Assembly: GCF_016127575.1 (NCBI RefSeq)
Contig: NZ_CP066018.1
Location: forward strand, 1,320,001-1,352,000
Length of the DNA: 32,000 bases
DNA from: Cupriavidus necator
GTDB lineage: Bacteria; Pseudomonadota; Gammaproteobacteria; Burkholderiales; Burkholderiaceae
Reading direction: 5' to 3'
In this document: piece after piece, positions 1-9,192 of the stretch
How positions within the stretch are numbered: the first letter of the stretch is position 1
Layout of the letters: each line of letters starts with the position of its first letter
Notes under the pieces: model-generated
What the model was told of the DNA's origin: nothing
Database searches by the model: none
The model's input: the letters and a program-made list of their open reading frames with translations, nothing else
Program-made: the position numbers and the translations under genes

Positions 1-249
1 GACCAGGTGCGAGGCACCGCTGCCCGCACCATAGCGCTGCGCGCCTTCCACCAGCGCGGCGATCACGTCCGGGTGGTTGGCCAGCCCCATGTAGTCGTTG
101 CTGCAGAAGGTCAGCAGCGATTCCGGCTCGGACCCGTCCTCGCCCACGGCCTGGTGCGGCGCGCAGGCAGTGTGGGCAACGCGGCGGCGGCGCGTCAGGG
201 CCAGCGCGTGGCGCTGTTCGGCGGCCCGCCTCAGTTGTTCAAGCAGCAT
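1..249 (-). CDS. bioF: 8-amino-7-oxononanoate synthase, N-terminal 83 codons (continues beyond the left edge)
   Basis: My own reverse translation of 249..1 gives [83 protein letters not shown]. FCSNDYxGL and YGxGSGxSHLV are conserved N-terminal blocks of BioF/alpha-oxoamine synthases. The ATG at 249..247 overlaps the bioA stop (239..241) by 11 nt. It is absent from the ORF track because there is no stop inside the window. Confidence 0.85.
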   Translation of the reverse strand, partial: MLLEQLRRAAEQRHALALTRRRRVAHTACAPHQAVGEDGSEPESLLTFCSNDYMGLANHPDVIAALVEGAQRYGAGSGASHLV

Positions 250-1651
250 GGCGCACCTCCCCGCTCGTGGTCACATCGGTGGTCACATCGTCGAGCGTGG
301 CCATCATCTGCTCGCCCAGCCAGCGTGCCTGCGCGGCATCGAAGACGTAGGGCGGCATCACGTACAGCGTATTGCCGATCGGGCGCACCAGCAGCTCGCG
401 CTCGCGCGCGGCGTGATGGAAGCGCGCGGCAAAGTCGGCGCCGGCGACGTCATCGCGCACATCGGCGGCCCAGATCAGCCCGCGCTGGCGGACGTGCCGC
501 AGGCGCGCGTCGGCGGCCAGCGCGGCCATGCCGTCGGCGAGCCAGTGCGCGCGCTCGCGGTTGCGCGCGAGCACGTCGTCCTGCGCGAACAAGTCCAGCG
601 TGGCCAGCGCGGCGCGGCAGGCCAGCGGGTTGCCGGTGTAGGAGTGCGAATGCAGGAAGCTGCGGGCCAGCTCGTCGGCGACGAAGGCACGCTGGATCTC
701 CGGGCGCGACAGCACCAGCGACAGCGGCAGGTAGCCGCCGCTGATGCCCTTGGACAGGCACAGGAAGTCGGGCCACAGGTGCGCGGGCAGCGGCGCCTCC
801 CCGGCGCGCGACTGTTCCCACGCGAAGAAGGTGCCGGTGCGCCCGCAGCCCACCGCGATCTCGTCGGCGATCAGGTGGATCCGGTAGCGGTCGCACAAAG
901 CGCGCGCGCCATCCAGATACGACGGGTCGTACATCGCCATGCCGGCGGCGCCCTGCACCAGCGGCTCGACGATCAGCGCGGCGATCTGGCCGGCGCGCTC
1001 GCGCAGCAGGGTTTCCAGCTCCGCCAGGGCGCGGGCGGCCACGTCCGCAGCGCTCTCGCCGGGTGCGGCCTGGCGTGCGTCGGGCGACATCACCACGTGT
1101 GCGCGGCGGATCAGCGGATCATAGGCATCGCGGAAGACTTCCACGTCGGTCACCGCGAGCGCGCCCACGGTCTCGCCGTGGTAGCCGTGGCGCAGGCAGA
1201 CGAACTCGCGCTTGGCAGGCAGGCCGGTATTGCGCCAGTAGTGGAAGCTCATCTTCAGCGCGATCTCGACCGCCGAGGCGCCGTCCGAAGCGTAGAAGAC
1301 ATTGCCGAGCGCGCCGCCGGTCAGCGCCGACAGGCGCTCCGCCAGCTCCACCGCCGGGGCATGGGTGCAGCCGGCGAGCATCACGTGCTCAAGCGTTTCC
1401 AGCTGGCTGGCCAGCGCGGCGTTGATGCGCGGGTTGGCGTGGCCGAACAGGTTGACCCACCACGAACTGGTGGCGTCGAAATAGCGGCGGCCGTCGGCAT
1501 CATGCAGCCACGGGCCGACGCCGCGCACGATCGCCAGCGGCACCGCGTCGTCGTCGGGGCGCAGCCGCGTGCATGGATGCCAGACGGCGTTGCGGCTGCG
1601 CTGGCCGAGTGCCTGCGCGTCTCTGCCTGGGGAAAGGGACAGGTGATCCAA
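239..1651 (-). CDS. bioA: adenosylmethionine-8-amino-7-oxononanoate aminotransferase (class III PLP aminotransferase)
   Basis: Track ORF 239..1741. BioA-type blocks are present: [52 protein letters not shown] and [16 protein letters not shown] place the start at the in-frame TTG 1651..1649. It lies 6 nt after AAAGGAGG (1665..1658), which is spelled by the rare codons CAA CAA AGG AGG. The ATG at 1741 (longest ORF) remains possible. Confidence 0.9.
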   Translation of the reverse strand: MDHLSLSPGRDAQALGQRSRNAVWHPCTRLRPDDDAVPLAIVRGVGPWLHDADGRRYFDATSSWWVNLFGHANPRINAALASQLETLEHVMLAGCTHAPAVELAERLSALTGGALGNVFYASDGASAVEIALKMSFHYWRNTGLPAKREFVCLRHGYHGETVGALAVTDVEVFRDAYDPLIRRAHVVMSPDARQAAPGESAADVAARALAELETLLRERAGQIAALIVEPLVQGAAGMAMYDPSYLDGARALCDRYRIHLIADEIAVGCGRTGTFFAWEQSRAGEAPLPAHLWPDFLCLSKGISGGYLPLSLVLSRPEIQRAFVADELARSFLHSHSYTGNPLACRAALATLDLFAQDDVLARNRERAHWLADGMAALAADARLRHVRQRGLIWAADVRDDVAGADFAARFHHAARERELLVRPIGNTLYVMPPYVFDAAQARWLGEQMMATLDDVTTDVTTSGEVRHAA

Positions 1652-1915
1652 GGTAGCCCTCCTTTGTTGACCGTCCGCGCGCGCGCCGTTGCCGGCAAGG
1701 CCGGGCTGTGCGACGGTGGCGGACAGGTTGGGGAGGGTCATGTTAGGAATGTCTCTTTCAGGTTGGCAATGACAATGGAATTTCCAAGTTAGCGGCGCGT
1801 TAGCGAAACTTGATGAATGTTTCCATGACGAAGCCTTGTTCTTGTTGCTAGCGTGCTGCGATCTACACGCAATCTTTATTTACGGAGGCATGCTGTCGCA
1901 TGCTGCTACGGAACT

Positions 1916-1955
1916 CCCCTCTCCCGCCTGCGGGAGAGGGGTGGGGGGAGAGGGC
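1916..1955. repeat. REP-type palindromic element, copy 1 (11-bp stem CCCCTCTCCCG / CGGGAGAGGGG, 4-nt loop, G-rich tail TGGGGGGAGAGGGC)
   Basis: The hairpin 1916..1941 was read directly. The same core recurs at 2014..2039 and 9955..9978. It is intergenic, between liuC and bioA. Confidence 0.8.
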
Positions 1956-1999
1956 AGGCCTTCCCACGAAGTCAGGCGCCTCATGCTTGGCATAAGCCC

Positions 2000-2052
2000 G
2001 CCCTCTCCCCCAGCCCCTCTCCCGCGCGCGGAAGAGGGGAGCAAACAAGCGG
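2000..2052. repeat. REP-type palindromic element, copy 2, inverted relative to copy 1
   Basis: GCCCTCTCCCCCA (2000..2012) is the reverse complement of the copy-1 tail, minus one C. It is followed by the hairpin CCCCTCTCCCGC..GCGGAAGAGGGG (one mismatch) and the tail AGCAAACAAGCGG. It lies immediately 3' of the liuC stop (2070). Confidence 0.8.
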
Positions 2053-2069
2053 TAAGCCAGTCTTTTGCC

Positions 2070-2858
2070 TCAAGCCGGCCGCCACGACGGCGAGCGCTTC
2101 TCCAGGAACGACTTCACCCCTTCACGCCCCTCTTCCGACGCCCGGATCTTTGCAATCCGGTCCGCGGTATCGGCCAGCAAGTCGTTGTCGATCGCGCGCC
2201 CGGCGATGTCCTGCACCAGTCGCTTGCTTTCGCGCACGGCGTTCGGGCTGTTGGCCACCAGCGCAGTCGCCAGTTCGGCGACCTTGGCGTCCAGAGCCTC
2301 GGCCGGCACCACCGCATGCACAAAGCCCAGCCGCAGCGCCTCGGCGGCATCGAAGCGCTCGGCGGTGATGAAGTAGCGGCGTGCGGCCTGCTCGCCCAGC
2401 GCGCGGATCACATACGGGCTGATGGTGGCAGGCAGCAGTCCCAGGCGCGCCTCGGACAGGCAGAAGTGCGCGTGCTCGGCAGCCACCGCGATATCGCACG
2501 CGGCCACCAGGCCCATGCCGCCGGCGTAGGTGTCGCCCTGGATGCGCGCGATCACCGGGCGCGGGCACGACCAGATGGTGTGCAGCATCTGCGCCAGGGT
2601 CAGCGCATCGGCGCGGTTCTGGTCGTCGGAATAGCCGGCCATCTTCTTCATCCAATTCAGGTCGGCGCCGGCGCAGAAGGCAGGGCCGTTGCCGGCCAGC
2701 ACGATGGCGCGCACCTCGTCCATGTCGCCCAGCGCGCGGAAGGCGCCGGTCAGCTCGGCGATCACGGTCTCGTTGAAGGCGTTGCGCACATCGGGCCGGT
2801 TCAGCGTGACGGTGGCGACGTGGCTGGCGATATTGACGGTCAGGGCGGTGAATTCCAT
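2070..2858 (-). CDS. liuC: enoyl-CoA hydratase family protein, probably methylglutaconyl-CoA hydratase
   Basis: This is the C-terminal 262 codons of track ORF 2070..4883, starting at ATG 2858 (MEFTALTVNIASHVATVTLNRPDVRNAFN...). Crotonase-fold blocks are present (LAGNGPAFCAGADL, YAGGMGLVAACD). Its position in the liu array suggests the specific function. The rest of the 937-aa ORF overlaps two better genes in other frames. Confidence 0.88.
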   Translation of the reverse strand: MEFTALTVNIASHVATVTLNRPDVRNAFNETVIAELTGAFRALGDMDEVRAIVLAGNGPAFCAGADLNWMKKMAGYSDDQNRADALTLAQMLHTIWSCPRPVIARIQGDTYAGGMGLVAACDIAVAAEHAHFCLSEARLGLLPATISPYVIRALGEQAARRYFITAERFDAAEALRLGFVHAVVPAEALDAKVAELATALVANSPNAVRESKRLVQDIAGRAIDNDLLADTADRIAKIRASEEGREGVKSFLEKRSPSWRPA

Positions 2859-2896
2859 GGTTCGCTCCGTTGGCGGATTAAGTTGTCTGGTGCGGT

Positions 2897-3793
2897 TCAG
2901 GTCCCGGCGTCGAACGGCAGCCCCAGCGAGCGGAAGAAGTTGCCGACTTCGGGCAACCACACCGGGATGCCTTCGCGCGCGCTGAAGACGCGATGCGAGT
3001 CGTTGCCGAACTCGCCCACGTCCACCAGCCGCGATCTGGCCGCGGGACCGGTGGCGCGCGCCTTGAAGGCGTTGAACATGCGGCCGGGCAAGGGCACCGG
3101 CCAGTAGCTGTCGTTGTCGCCGTACACCCACAGCGACGGGTAGCGCGCCAGGCCGCCATAGCTGGCAAAGGCATCGACCAGGCGCTCTTCCCAGTCCGCG
3201 CAGTTCAGGTTGCGCAGCCCGCCCGCGAAGTTGACCACGCCCAGCACCCCCGGATAGCCGATGGTGCTGAACGCCATCGTGGTCAGGCCCCCGTGCGACT
3301 GGCCGATCACGACAATGCGGTCCATGTCCACATAGGGCTGCGTGGCCATGAAGTCGAGCGTGGCGACGACATCGTCGGCCTGCATCATGCCGTTGGTCTC
3401 GATGTCGCAGCTGCCGCCCACATAGGCGCCACCCGAGCGCGCAAAACCCTGCCGCATCGGCAGCACCACGGCGTAGCCGCGGCGCAGGAATTCCAGGCTC
3501 TGCGCCGGAAAGCGCGCGCGCCCCTGCATCGCGGGCCGGCCCGGCGCCTTGCCGTGGTTGATCACCACCAGCGGGAACGGCCCATCGCCAGCCGGCTTGA
3601 ATACCGTGGCCTCCAGGTCGATGCGCGACGGGATCGCCGCCTTGGGCAGCATCACCACCTGCTCCTGGAAGCGCATGCGCGGCGCAGGATTGCCGTTGCC
3701 GCTCGCGCTCTGCGCATGCCCCGACAGCGGCGCCAGCAAGGCAAGCGCCGTGACCAGGGCTGGGCTGCAAAGCAGGCGGGCGACGCTGCGCAT
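2897..3793 (-). CDS. secreted alpha/beta hydrolase (dienelactone hydrolase-like)
   Basis: 298 aa. The N-terminal signal peptide is MRSVARLLCSPALVTALALLAPLSGHAQS. The nucleophile elbow is GQSHGG, and late YGDNDS and NDSH segments are compatible with an Asp/His pair. Confidence 0.8.
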   Translation of the reverse strand: MRSVARLLCSPALVTALALLAPLSGHAQSASGNGNPAPRMRFQEQVVMLPKAAIPSRIDLEATVFKPAGDGPFPLVVINHGKAPGRPAMQGRARFPAQSLEFLRRGYAVVLPMRQGFARSGGAYVGGSCDIETNGMMQADDVVATLDFMATQPYVDMDRIVVIGQSHGGLTTMAFSTIGYPGVLGVVNFAGGLRNLNCADWEERLVDAFASYGGLARYPSLWVYGDNDSYWPVPLPGRMFNAFKARATGPAARSRLVDVGEFGNDSHRVFSAREGIPVWLPEVGNFFRSLGLPFDAGT

Positions 3794-3835
3794 GGGGTGG
3801 AAGGCGGTAATGTGACAGTAGCGGCGTGGCCGGGA

Positions 3836-5443
3836 TTACATGCGGAACACGCCGAACTTCATCTCGTCGATCGGTGCGTTCAGGCTCGCGGAAAGACCCA
3901 GGCCCAGCACGGTGCGGGTCTGCGCCGGGTCGATCACGCCGTCGTCCCACAGCCGCGCGCTGGCGTAGTACGGATGGCCCTGGTGCTCGTACTGGTCGCG
4001 GATCGGCTGCTTGAACGCCTCTTCCTCTTGCGCGCTCCACTTGCCGCCCTTGCCCTCGATGCCGTCGCGGCGCACCGTGGCCAGCACGCTGGCGGCCTGC
4101 TCGCCACCCATCACCGAGATGCGCGCGTTCGGCCACATCCACAGGAAGCGCGGCGAATAGGCGCGCCCGCACATGCCGTAGTTGCCGGCGCCGAACGAGC
4201 CGCCGATGATCACCGTGAACTTGGGCACCTGCGCGGTGGCGACCGCGGTCACCATCTTGGCGCCATTGCGGGCAATGCCTTCGTTCTCGTACTTGCGGCC
4301 CACCATGAAGCCGGTGATGTTCTGCAGAAACACCAGGGGGATCTTGCGCTGACAGCACAGCTCGATAAAGTGCGCGCCCTTCAGTGCGGATTCGGAGAAC
4401 AGGATGCCGTTGTTGGCGACGATGCCGACGGGGTAGCCCCAGATGCGCGCGAAGCCGCACACCAGCGTGGTGCCGTAGCGCGCCTTGAACTCGTCGAACT
4501 CGGAGCCGTCGACCAGGCGCGCGATCACCTCGCGCACGTCGTAGGGCTTGCGCGTGTCGGTCGGGATCACGCCGTACAGTTCTTCCACCGGGTAGAGCGG
4601 CTCGACCGGCTCGTGCAGGCGGATCTGGTCCGGCTTGCGGCGGTTCAGGTGCTGCACGATATTGCGCGCCAGCGACAGCGCGTGGTGGTCGTTCTGCGCG
4701 AAGTAGTCGGCCACGCCCGACAGGCGCGTATGCACGTCGGCGCCGCCCAGGTCTTCGGCGCTGACCTCCTCGCCGGTGGCGGCCTTCACCAGCGGCGGGC
4801 CGCCCAGGAAGATGGTGCCTTGGTTCTTGACGATGATGGACTCGTCGCTCATCGCGGGCACGTAGGCGCCGCCGGCGGTGCACGAGCCCATCACCACCGC
4901 GATCTGCGGGATGCCCTGCTTGGACAGGTTGGCCTGGTTGTAGAAGATGCGGCCGAAGTGGTCGCGGTCGGGGAACACGTCGTCCTGGTTGGGCAGGTTG
5001 GCGCCGCCGGAATCGACCAGGTAGATGCAGGGCAGGTTGTTCTGCTCTGCGATCTCCTGTGCGCGCACATGCTTCTTGACCGTCATCGGGTAGTAGGTGC
5101 CGCCCTTGACGGTGGCGTCATTGCAGACGATCACGCACTCCTGCCCGGCCACGCGGCCGATGCCGGTGATGATGCCCGCGCCCGGTGCGGCATTGTCGTA
5201 CATGTCGTACGCGGCCAGCTGCGACAGCTCCAGGAACGGGGTGCCCGGATCCAGCAGTTGCTGTACGCGGTCGCGCGGCAGCAGCTTGCCGCGCGACAGG
5301 TGCTTGTTGCGCGCGTCGTCGCCGCCGCCTTCGGCCAGCTTCGCGATCCTGGCCTTGAGGTCGGCCACCAGGGCCTGCATCGACTCGGCGTTGGCCTGGA
5401 AGGATTCGGAGCGGGCGTTGAGTTTGGTTTCCAGGGTGGGCAT
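3836..5443 (-). CDS. liuB: methylcrotonyl-CoA carboxylase, carboxyltransferase (beta) subunit
   Basis: 535 aa from ATG 5443 ([20 protein letters not shown]...), within track ORF 3836..6133. Carboxyltransferase blocks are present: [42 protein letters not shown] and [16 protein letters not shown]. An AGGAAG Shine-Dalgarno lies upstream. Confidence 0.93.
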   Translation of the reverse strand: MPTLETKLNARSESFQANAESMQALVADLKARIAKLAEGGGDDARNKHLSRGKLLPRDRVQQLLDPGTPFLELSQLAAYDMYDNAAPGAGIITGIGRVAGQECVIVCNDATVKGGTYYPMTVKKHVRAQEIAEQNNLPCIYLVDSGGANLPNQDDVFPDRDHFGRIFYNQANLSKQGIPQIAVVMGSCTAGGAYVPAMSDESIIVKNQGTIFLGGPPLVKAATGEEVSAEDLGGADVHTRLSGVADYFAQNDHHALSLARNIVQHLNRRKPDQIRLHEPVEPLYPVEELYGVIPTDTRKPYDVREVIARLVDGSEFDEFKARYGTTLVCGFARIWGYPVGIVANNGILFSESALKGAHFIELCCQRKIPLVFLQNITGFMVGRKYENEGIARNGAKMVTAVATAQVPKFTVIIGGSFGAGNYGMCGRAYSPRFLWMWPNARISVMGGEQAASVLATVRRDGIEGKGGKWSAQEEEAFKQPIRDQYEHQGHPYYASARLWDDGVIDPAQTRTVLGLGLSASLNAPIDEMKFGVFRM

Positions 5444-5496
5444 CTGTGTCTCTTCCTGCTTGATATTGGTTTTCGCCGTCCTGCCAGCGGCCGGGC

Positions 5497-6174
5497 TCAG
5501 CCTGCGTGCCTGGGCAGCGGGTGCCCCGGCATCAGGTCGTAGGGGTGCTTCCAGCCCGGCAGCGCACGGATGCGCTCGGCCCAGGCGTGGATATGCGGAT
5601 ACTCCTTGCGCCAGTGCACGCCGATCTCGTCGTCGAAGAAGACGTAGCCCGACAGCGAGAAGTCCGCGATGGTGGCGCGCTCGCCCAGCAGGAACGCTCG
5701 CCCGGCCAGTTGCGCGTTGAGCACGTTCCACGCGCCTTCGCAGCGCGCGCGGAAGAACTCCAGCACGGCCGGGTCCGGCGACCTGGCAAAGGTGCGCATG
5801 AAGCGATAGGTGGCGGTGTAGGAGGTGAACTTGTGGTTGTCGAACAGCAGCCAGCGCAGCACCTCGGCGCGCTCGGCCTCGTCGCGCGGGCCGTAGGCAT
5901 CGAGGCGCGTGGCCAGCGTTTCCAGGATGGCACCGGACTGCGACAGGCGCTGGCCGCCGCACTCCAGCACCGGCACCTCGCCCATCACGTTGATGGCGCG
6001 GTATTCGGGCGTGCGGGTCTCGCCGTTGAAGAAATCGACGAAGCGCGGCTGCCACAGCTGCTGGCCGCGCTGCACGCCGACGGTCTCCAGCAGCAGCGCC
6101 ACCTTGTAGGCATTGCCGGACTGGGCAAAGCAATACAGCAGGTACTCCGGCTCATTCCGCTTCTCGATGCTCAT
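5497..6174 (-). CDS. glutathione S-transferase family protein
   Basis: 225 aa from ATG 6174 ([25 protein letters not shown]...). The thioredoxin-like N-domain contains GEVPVLE...[12 protein letters not shown]. The start overlaps the ychJ stop as ATGA (6171..6174). Confidence 0.85.
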   Translation of the reverse strand: MSIEKRNEPEYLLYCFAQSGNAYKVALLLETVGVQRGQQLWQPRFVDFFNGETRTPEYRAINVMGEVPVLECGGQRLSQSGAILETLATRLDAYGPRDEAERAEVLRWLLFDNHKFTSYTATYRFMRTFARSPDPAVLEFFRARCEGAWNVLNAQLAGRAFLLGERATIADFSLSGYVFFDDEIGVHWRKEYPHIHAWAERIRALPGWKHPYDLMPGHPLPRHAG

Positions 6175-6608
6175 GATGTCTCCCCGATCATGTCGCCATC
6201 CACATAGAGCCAGCGCGGTGCCTCGCCAGGCGCGCGCGGCTCGCGTACAAAGCGGCTGCGTTCGTGCAGCCGCATGGCGCGCCCGCCTACCTTGTAGCGC
6301 GCCACGAACTCCACTTCGGCATGCGCATCGTCCTGCTGCGCATGCGCCTTCACCGTGAGCCCGAGCCAGCGCGTGGCGGTATCCGGCAACAGGTCGGCCG
6401 GGCAGGTCGATGCATGCCAGGTCTGCCGCAACCATTCCATGTCGTTCAGCACATAGGCGCTGTAGCGGGAGCGCATCAGTGCCTCGGCATTGGGCGGCAG
6501 TGCCTCGCCACGATGGAAGCGGCCGCAGCAGGCGGCATAGTCCGCGCTGCCGCACGGGCACGGCACCGGTCCGGCCTTGGGCAGGCGGCCTGCCGCTTTC
6601 GCGGTCAT
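6171..6608 (-). CDS. ychJ: YchJ family protein (UPF0225, N-terminal SEC-C type Cys motif)
   Basis: 145 aa. CPCGS..Y..CC is followed by LMRSRYSAY, TWH, WLGLTV and ERSRF..E...WLYVDG, which aligns by eye with E. coli YchJ. There are ATGA overlaps at both ends. Confidence 0.82.
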   Translation of the reverse strand: MTAKAAGRLPKAGPVPCPCGSADYAACCGRFHRGEALPPNAEALMRSRYSAYVLNDMEWLRQTWHASTCPADLLPDTATRWLGLTVKAHAQQDDAHAEVEFVARYKVGGRAMRLHERSRFVREPRAPGEAPRWLYVDGDMIGETS

Positions 6609-7291
6609 CCCACCAGCTCCGGCAGGTCGCGCATATCGGTGAAGATGGTGCCCGCGCCGGCCTCGCGCAGCAGCGCGGCATCGTTGCGCTCGGCGTAGCC
6701 GAACACCGTCATGCCGGCGGCAACGCCCGCGGTCACGCCGGTCGGGCTGTCTTCCACCACGGCGCAGCGCGCCGGCTCAACGCCCATGGTGCGCGCGGCC
6801 AGCAGGTACACATCGGGCGCGGGCTTGCTGCGTGCCACTTCGGTGGCGGAGAAGATATGCTCGCGCTCATCCTGCTGGAACAGCTCGACCAGGCCGGTCC
6901 TGGTCAGTTGCAGCTTGACCTTGACGCGGTCCGCACCCGACGCCACGCACACCGGCATGCCGGTGGCGGCGATCTTGCCAATCGCCTCGCGCACATGGGC
7001 GACCGCAGCGACTTCGGCTTCCAGCACCGCGTTGCGGCGCGCCAGCCAGGTCGACAGCCAGTTCTCGGGCAGCGGCGCGCCGCGCATGCGCTCGATCATC
7101 TCCAGCTCTTCGCGCACGGCGCGGCCGAGAAACAGGCGCGTGGAGTCTTCCAGCGAGATCTCGATGCCAAGCTCGTTCAGCATCTGGTTGAGCACGCGGT
7201 TGACGATGGGCTCGCTGTCGACGAGCACGCCGTCGCAGTCGAAGATCACGCAATCGAATCGGCCGGAATGGCCACGGGTTGCTGCAGTCAT
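6605..7291 (-). CDS. HAD-IA family hydrolase (beta-phosphoglucomutase/CbbY-like phosphatase)
   Basis: 228 aa. HAD motif I is FDCDGVLVDSEP, the SKPAPDVY block is present, and motif IV is VVEDSPTGVTAGVAAGM. Confidence 0.88.
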   Translation of the reverse strand: MTAATRGHSGRFDCVIFDCDGVLVDSEPIVNRVLNQMLNELGIEISLEDSTRLFLGRAVREELEMIERMRGAPLPENWLSTWLARRNAVLEAEVAAVAHVREAIGKIAATGMPVCVASGADRVKVKLQLTRTGLVELFQQDEREHIFSATEVARSKPAPDVYLLAARTMGVEPARCAVVEDSPTGVTAGVAAGMTVFGYAERNDAALLREAGAGTIFTDMRDLPELVG

Positions 7292-7944
7292 GCGGGTTTC
7301 TTTTCCTTGGTGTCCAGGCTCGGCACAGCCCGGAGTTCAGTCTGGCGGCGGCTCTTCAGGTGGGCCTCGACCTGGTCGAAGCGGTCGAAGCCCCAGAACG
7401 GCTCGCCATCGATGATGACGAAGGGCGAGCCGAACACGCCCTTGGCCATCGCCACGTCGATCTCGGCCTTGAGCTGGTCCTTGATCTGGTAGCTGGTGGC
7501 GCCGGCATCCAGCGCCTGCACGTCCACGCCCAGCGGCTCGGCCAGCTTCATGATCTCGGCCGGCTCGGCGATATTGATGTCGTCGACGAACAGCGCGCGG
7601 TACACCGACTTGGCAAAGGCCGCGGCGATGTCATCGCCGTGGTGGTTCTGCAGCCACAGCATGGCACGCGCGGCGTGCGTGGTGGGCAGCGGGAAATGCG
7701 TGGGGCGCTTGTACTCGATGCCGTGGAAGCGCGCGGTGCGCTCGAAATCGCGCCACGAATAATCGCCCTTGAGCGGCAGCTGCGGCAGCGGCGAGGCGCC
7801 GGTGGTCTTGAACACCACGCCCAGCAGGATGGGATGCCAGGCGACGATGCGCCCGTACTTCTGCGCCAGGTCGTCGATGCGGGTACTGGCAAAGTAGCCG
7901 TAGGGCGAAGAGAAATCAAAGTAGAAGTCGATCGCTGCGGTCAT
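7288..7944 (-). CDS. 2-hydroxychromene-2-carboxylate isomerase family protein (DsbA-like, kappa-GST type fold)
   Basis: 218 aa from the internal ATG 7944 (MTAAIDFYFDFSSPYGYFAS...) of track ORF 7288..8013. The DFYFDFSSPYGY N-terminus is typical of this family. The stop overlaps the HAD start as ATGA. Confidence 0.82.
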   Translation of the reverse strand: MTAAIDFYFDFSSPYGYFASTRIDDLAQKYGRIVAWHPILLGVVFKTTGASPLPQLPLKGDYSWRDFERTARFHGIEYKRPTHFPLPTTHAARAMLWLQNHHGDDIAAAFAKSVYRALFVDDINIAEPAEIMKLAEPLGVDVQALDAGATSYQIKDQLKAEIDVAMAKGVFGSPFVIIDGEPFWGFDRFDQVEAHLKSRRQTELRAVPSLDTKEKKPA

Positions 7945-8031
7945 GTCGGGGCCCTTCTTGTTGTGGTTGCCGGTACGGGGATCAGGGAAGCGCGCCGCCT
8001 TCGCGGCACACACCCCATCGTACGCGCATCG

Positions 8032-9162
8032 CTAGGCCAGCGCGCGCGCGATCAGGATCTTCTGGATATCGCTGGTGCCCTCGTAGATCTGGCACACGCG
8101 CACGTCGCGGTAGATGCGCTCCACCGGGAAGTCGCTGACGTAGCCGTAGCCGCCGAACACCTGGATCGCATCCGAGCACACCCGCTCGGCCATCTCGCTG
8201 GCAAAGAGCTTGGCCATGGCCGCTTCCTTCAGGCACGGGCGGCCGGCGTCGCGCAGCGCGGCGGCGTGCCACACCATCTGGCGCGCCACGTCGATGCGGG
8301 TGGCCATCTCGGCCAGGCGGAACTGCACCGCCTGGTGCTGGAACAGCGGCTGGCCGAAGCTCTCGCGCTCCTTGGCATAGGCCAGCGCCGCCTCGAACGC
8401 GGCGCGCGCCATGCCGATGCTCTGCGAGGCGATGCCGATGCGCCCGCCTTCCAGTCCCGACAGCGCCATCTTGTAGCCGCCGCCCTCGTCGCCGAGCAGG
8501 TTGGCCGCCGGCACGCGGCAGTCCTCGAACAGGATCTGCGCGGTGTCCGACGAATGCTGGCCGAGCTTGTCCTCCAGCCGCGCCACCACGTAGCCCGGGG
8601 TCGAAGTCGGCACGATAAAGGCGCTGATGCCGCGCTTGCCTGCGGCCTTGTCGGTCACGGCCAGCACGATCGCCACGTCGGCGTTCTGGCCGCTGGTGAT
8701 GAACTGCTTGACGCCGTTGAGCACGTAGTGGTCGCCATCGCGTACCGCAGTGGTACGCAGCGCCGACGCATCCGAGCCCACGTGCGGCTCGGTCAGGCAG
8801 AACGCGCCCAGCATCTCGCCGCGCGCCAGCGGCACCAGCCACTGCTGCTTCTGCGCCTCGCTGGCGAACGACATCAGCATGCTGCACACCGGGCAGTTGT
8901 TGACGCTGATGACGGTGGAGGTGCCGCCATCGCCGGCCGCGATCTCTTCCAGGATCAGCGCCAGCGACAGGTAGTCCAGTCCGGCGCCGCCGTATGCCTC
9001 CGGCACCGCCACGCCGTAGGCGCCCAGCGCCGCCAGTTCGCGGTGCACGTCCTTGGGGAAGGTCTTGTCGCGGTCCCACTGCGCGGCCTGCGGCGCGATC
9101 ACTTCCTGCGCGAACTGGCGCACGGCGTCGCGGATCATTTCCTGTTCGGGGGTCAGCAGCAT
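8032..9162 (-). CDS. acyl-CoA dehydrogenase (short/branched-chain type)
   Basis: 376 aa. ACAD blocks are present: [30 protein letters not shown] and the C-terminal [15 protein letters not shown] with the catalytic Glu context. Confidence 0.93.
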   Translation of the reverse strand: MLLTPEQEMIRDAVRQFAQEVIAPQAAQWDRDKTFPKDVHRELAALGAYGVAVPEAYGGAGLDYLSLALILEEIAAGDGGTSTVISVNNCPVCSMLMSFASEAQKQQWLVPLARGEMLGAFCLTEPHVGSDASALRTTAVRDGDHYVLNGVKQFITSGQNADVAIVLAVTDKAAGKRGISAFIVPTSTPGYVVARLEDKLGQHSSDTAQILFEDCRVPAANLLGDEGGGYKMALSGLEGGRIGIASQSIGMARAAFEAALAYAKERESFGQPLFQHQAVQFRLAEMATRIDVARQMVWHAAALRDAGRPCLKEAAMAKLFASEMAERVCSDAIQVFGGYGYVSDFPVERIYRDVRVCQIYEGTSDIQKILIARALA

Positions 9163-9192
9163 GTCGGTTCGATGCTCAGTGTGCGTGCGCGC

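Noticed and set aside
1836-2376. Small ORFs over the REP elements (1863..2048, 1853..2368, 1836..3107) and 9858..10052.
   Set aside because: They are translations of palindromic REP DNA and its flanks. They read equally open on both strands and have no start context.
2070-4883. 937-aa minus-strand ORF spanning liuC, the hydrolase and part of liuB.
   Set aside because: Only the last 262 codons (from ATG 2858) look like a real protein, a crotonase-fold enzyme. The upstream part is Arg/Pro-rich and overlaps two well-supported genes in other frames.
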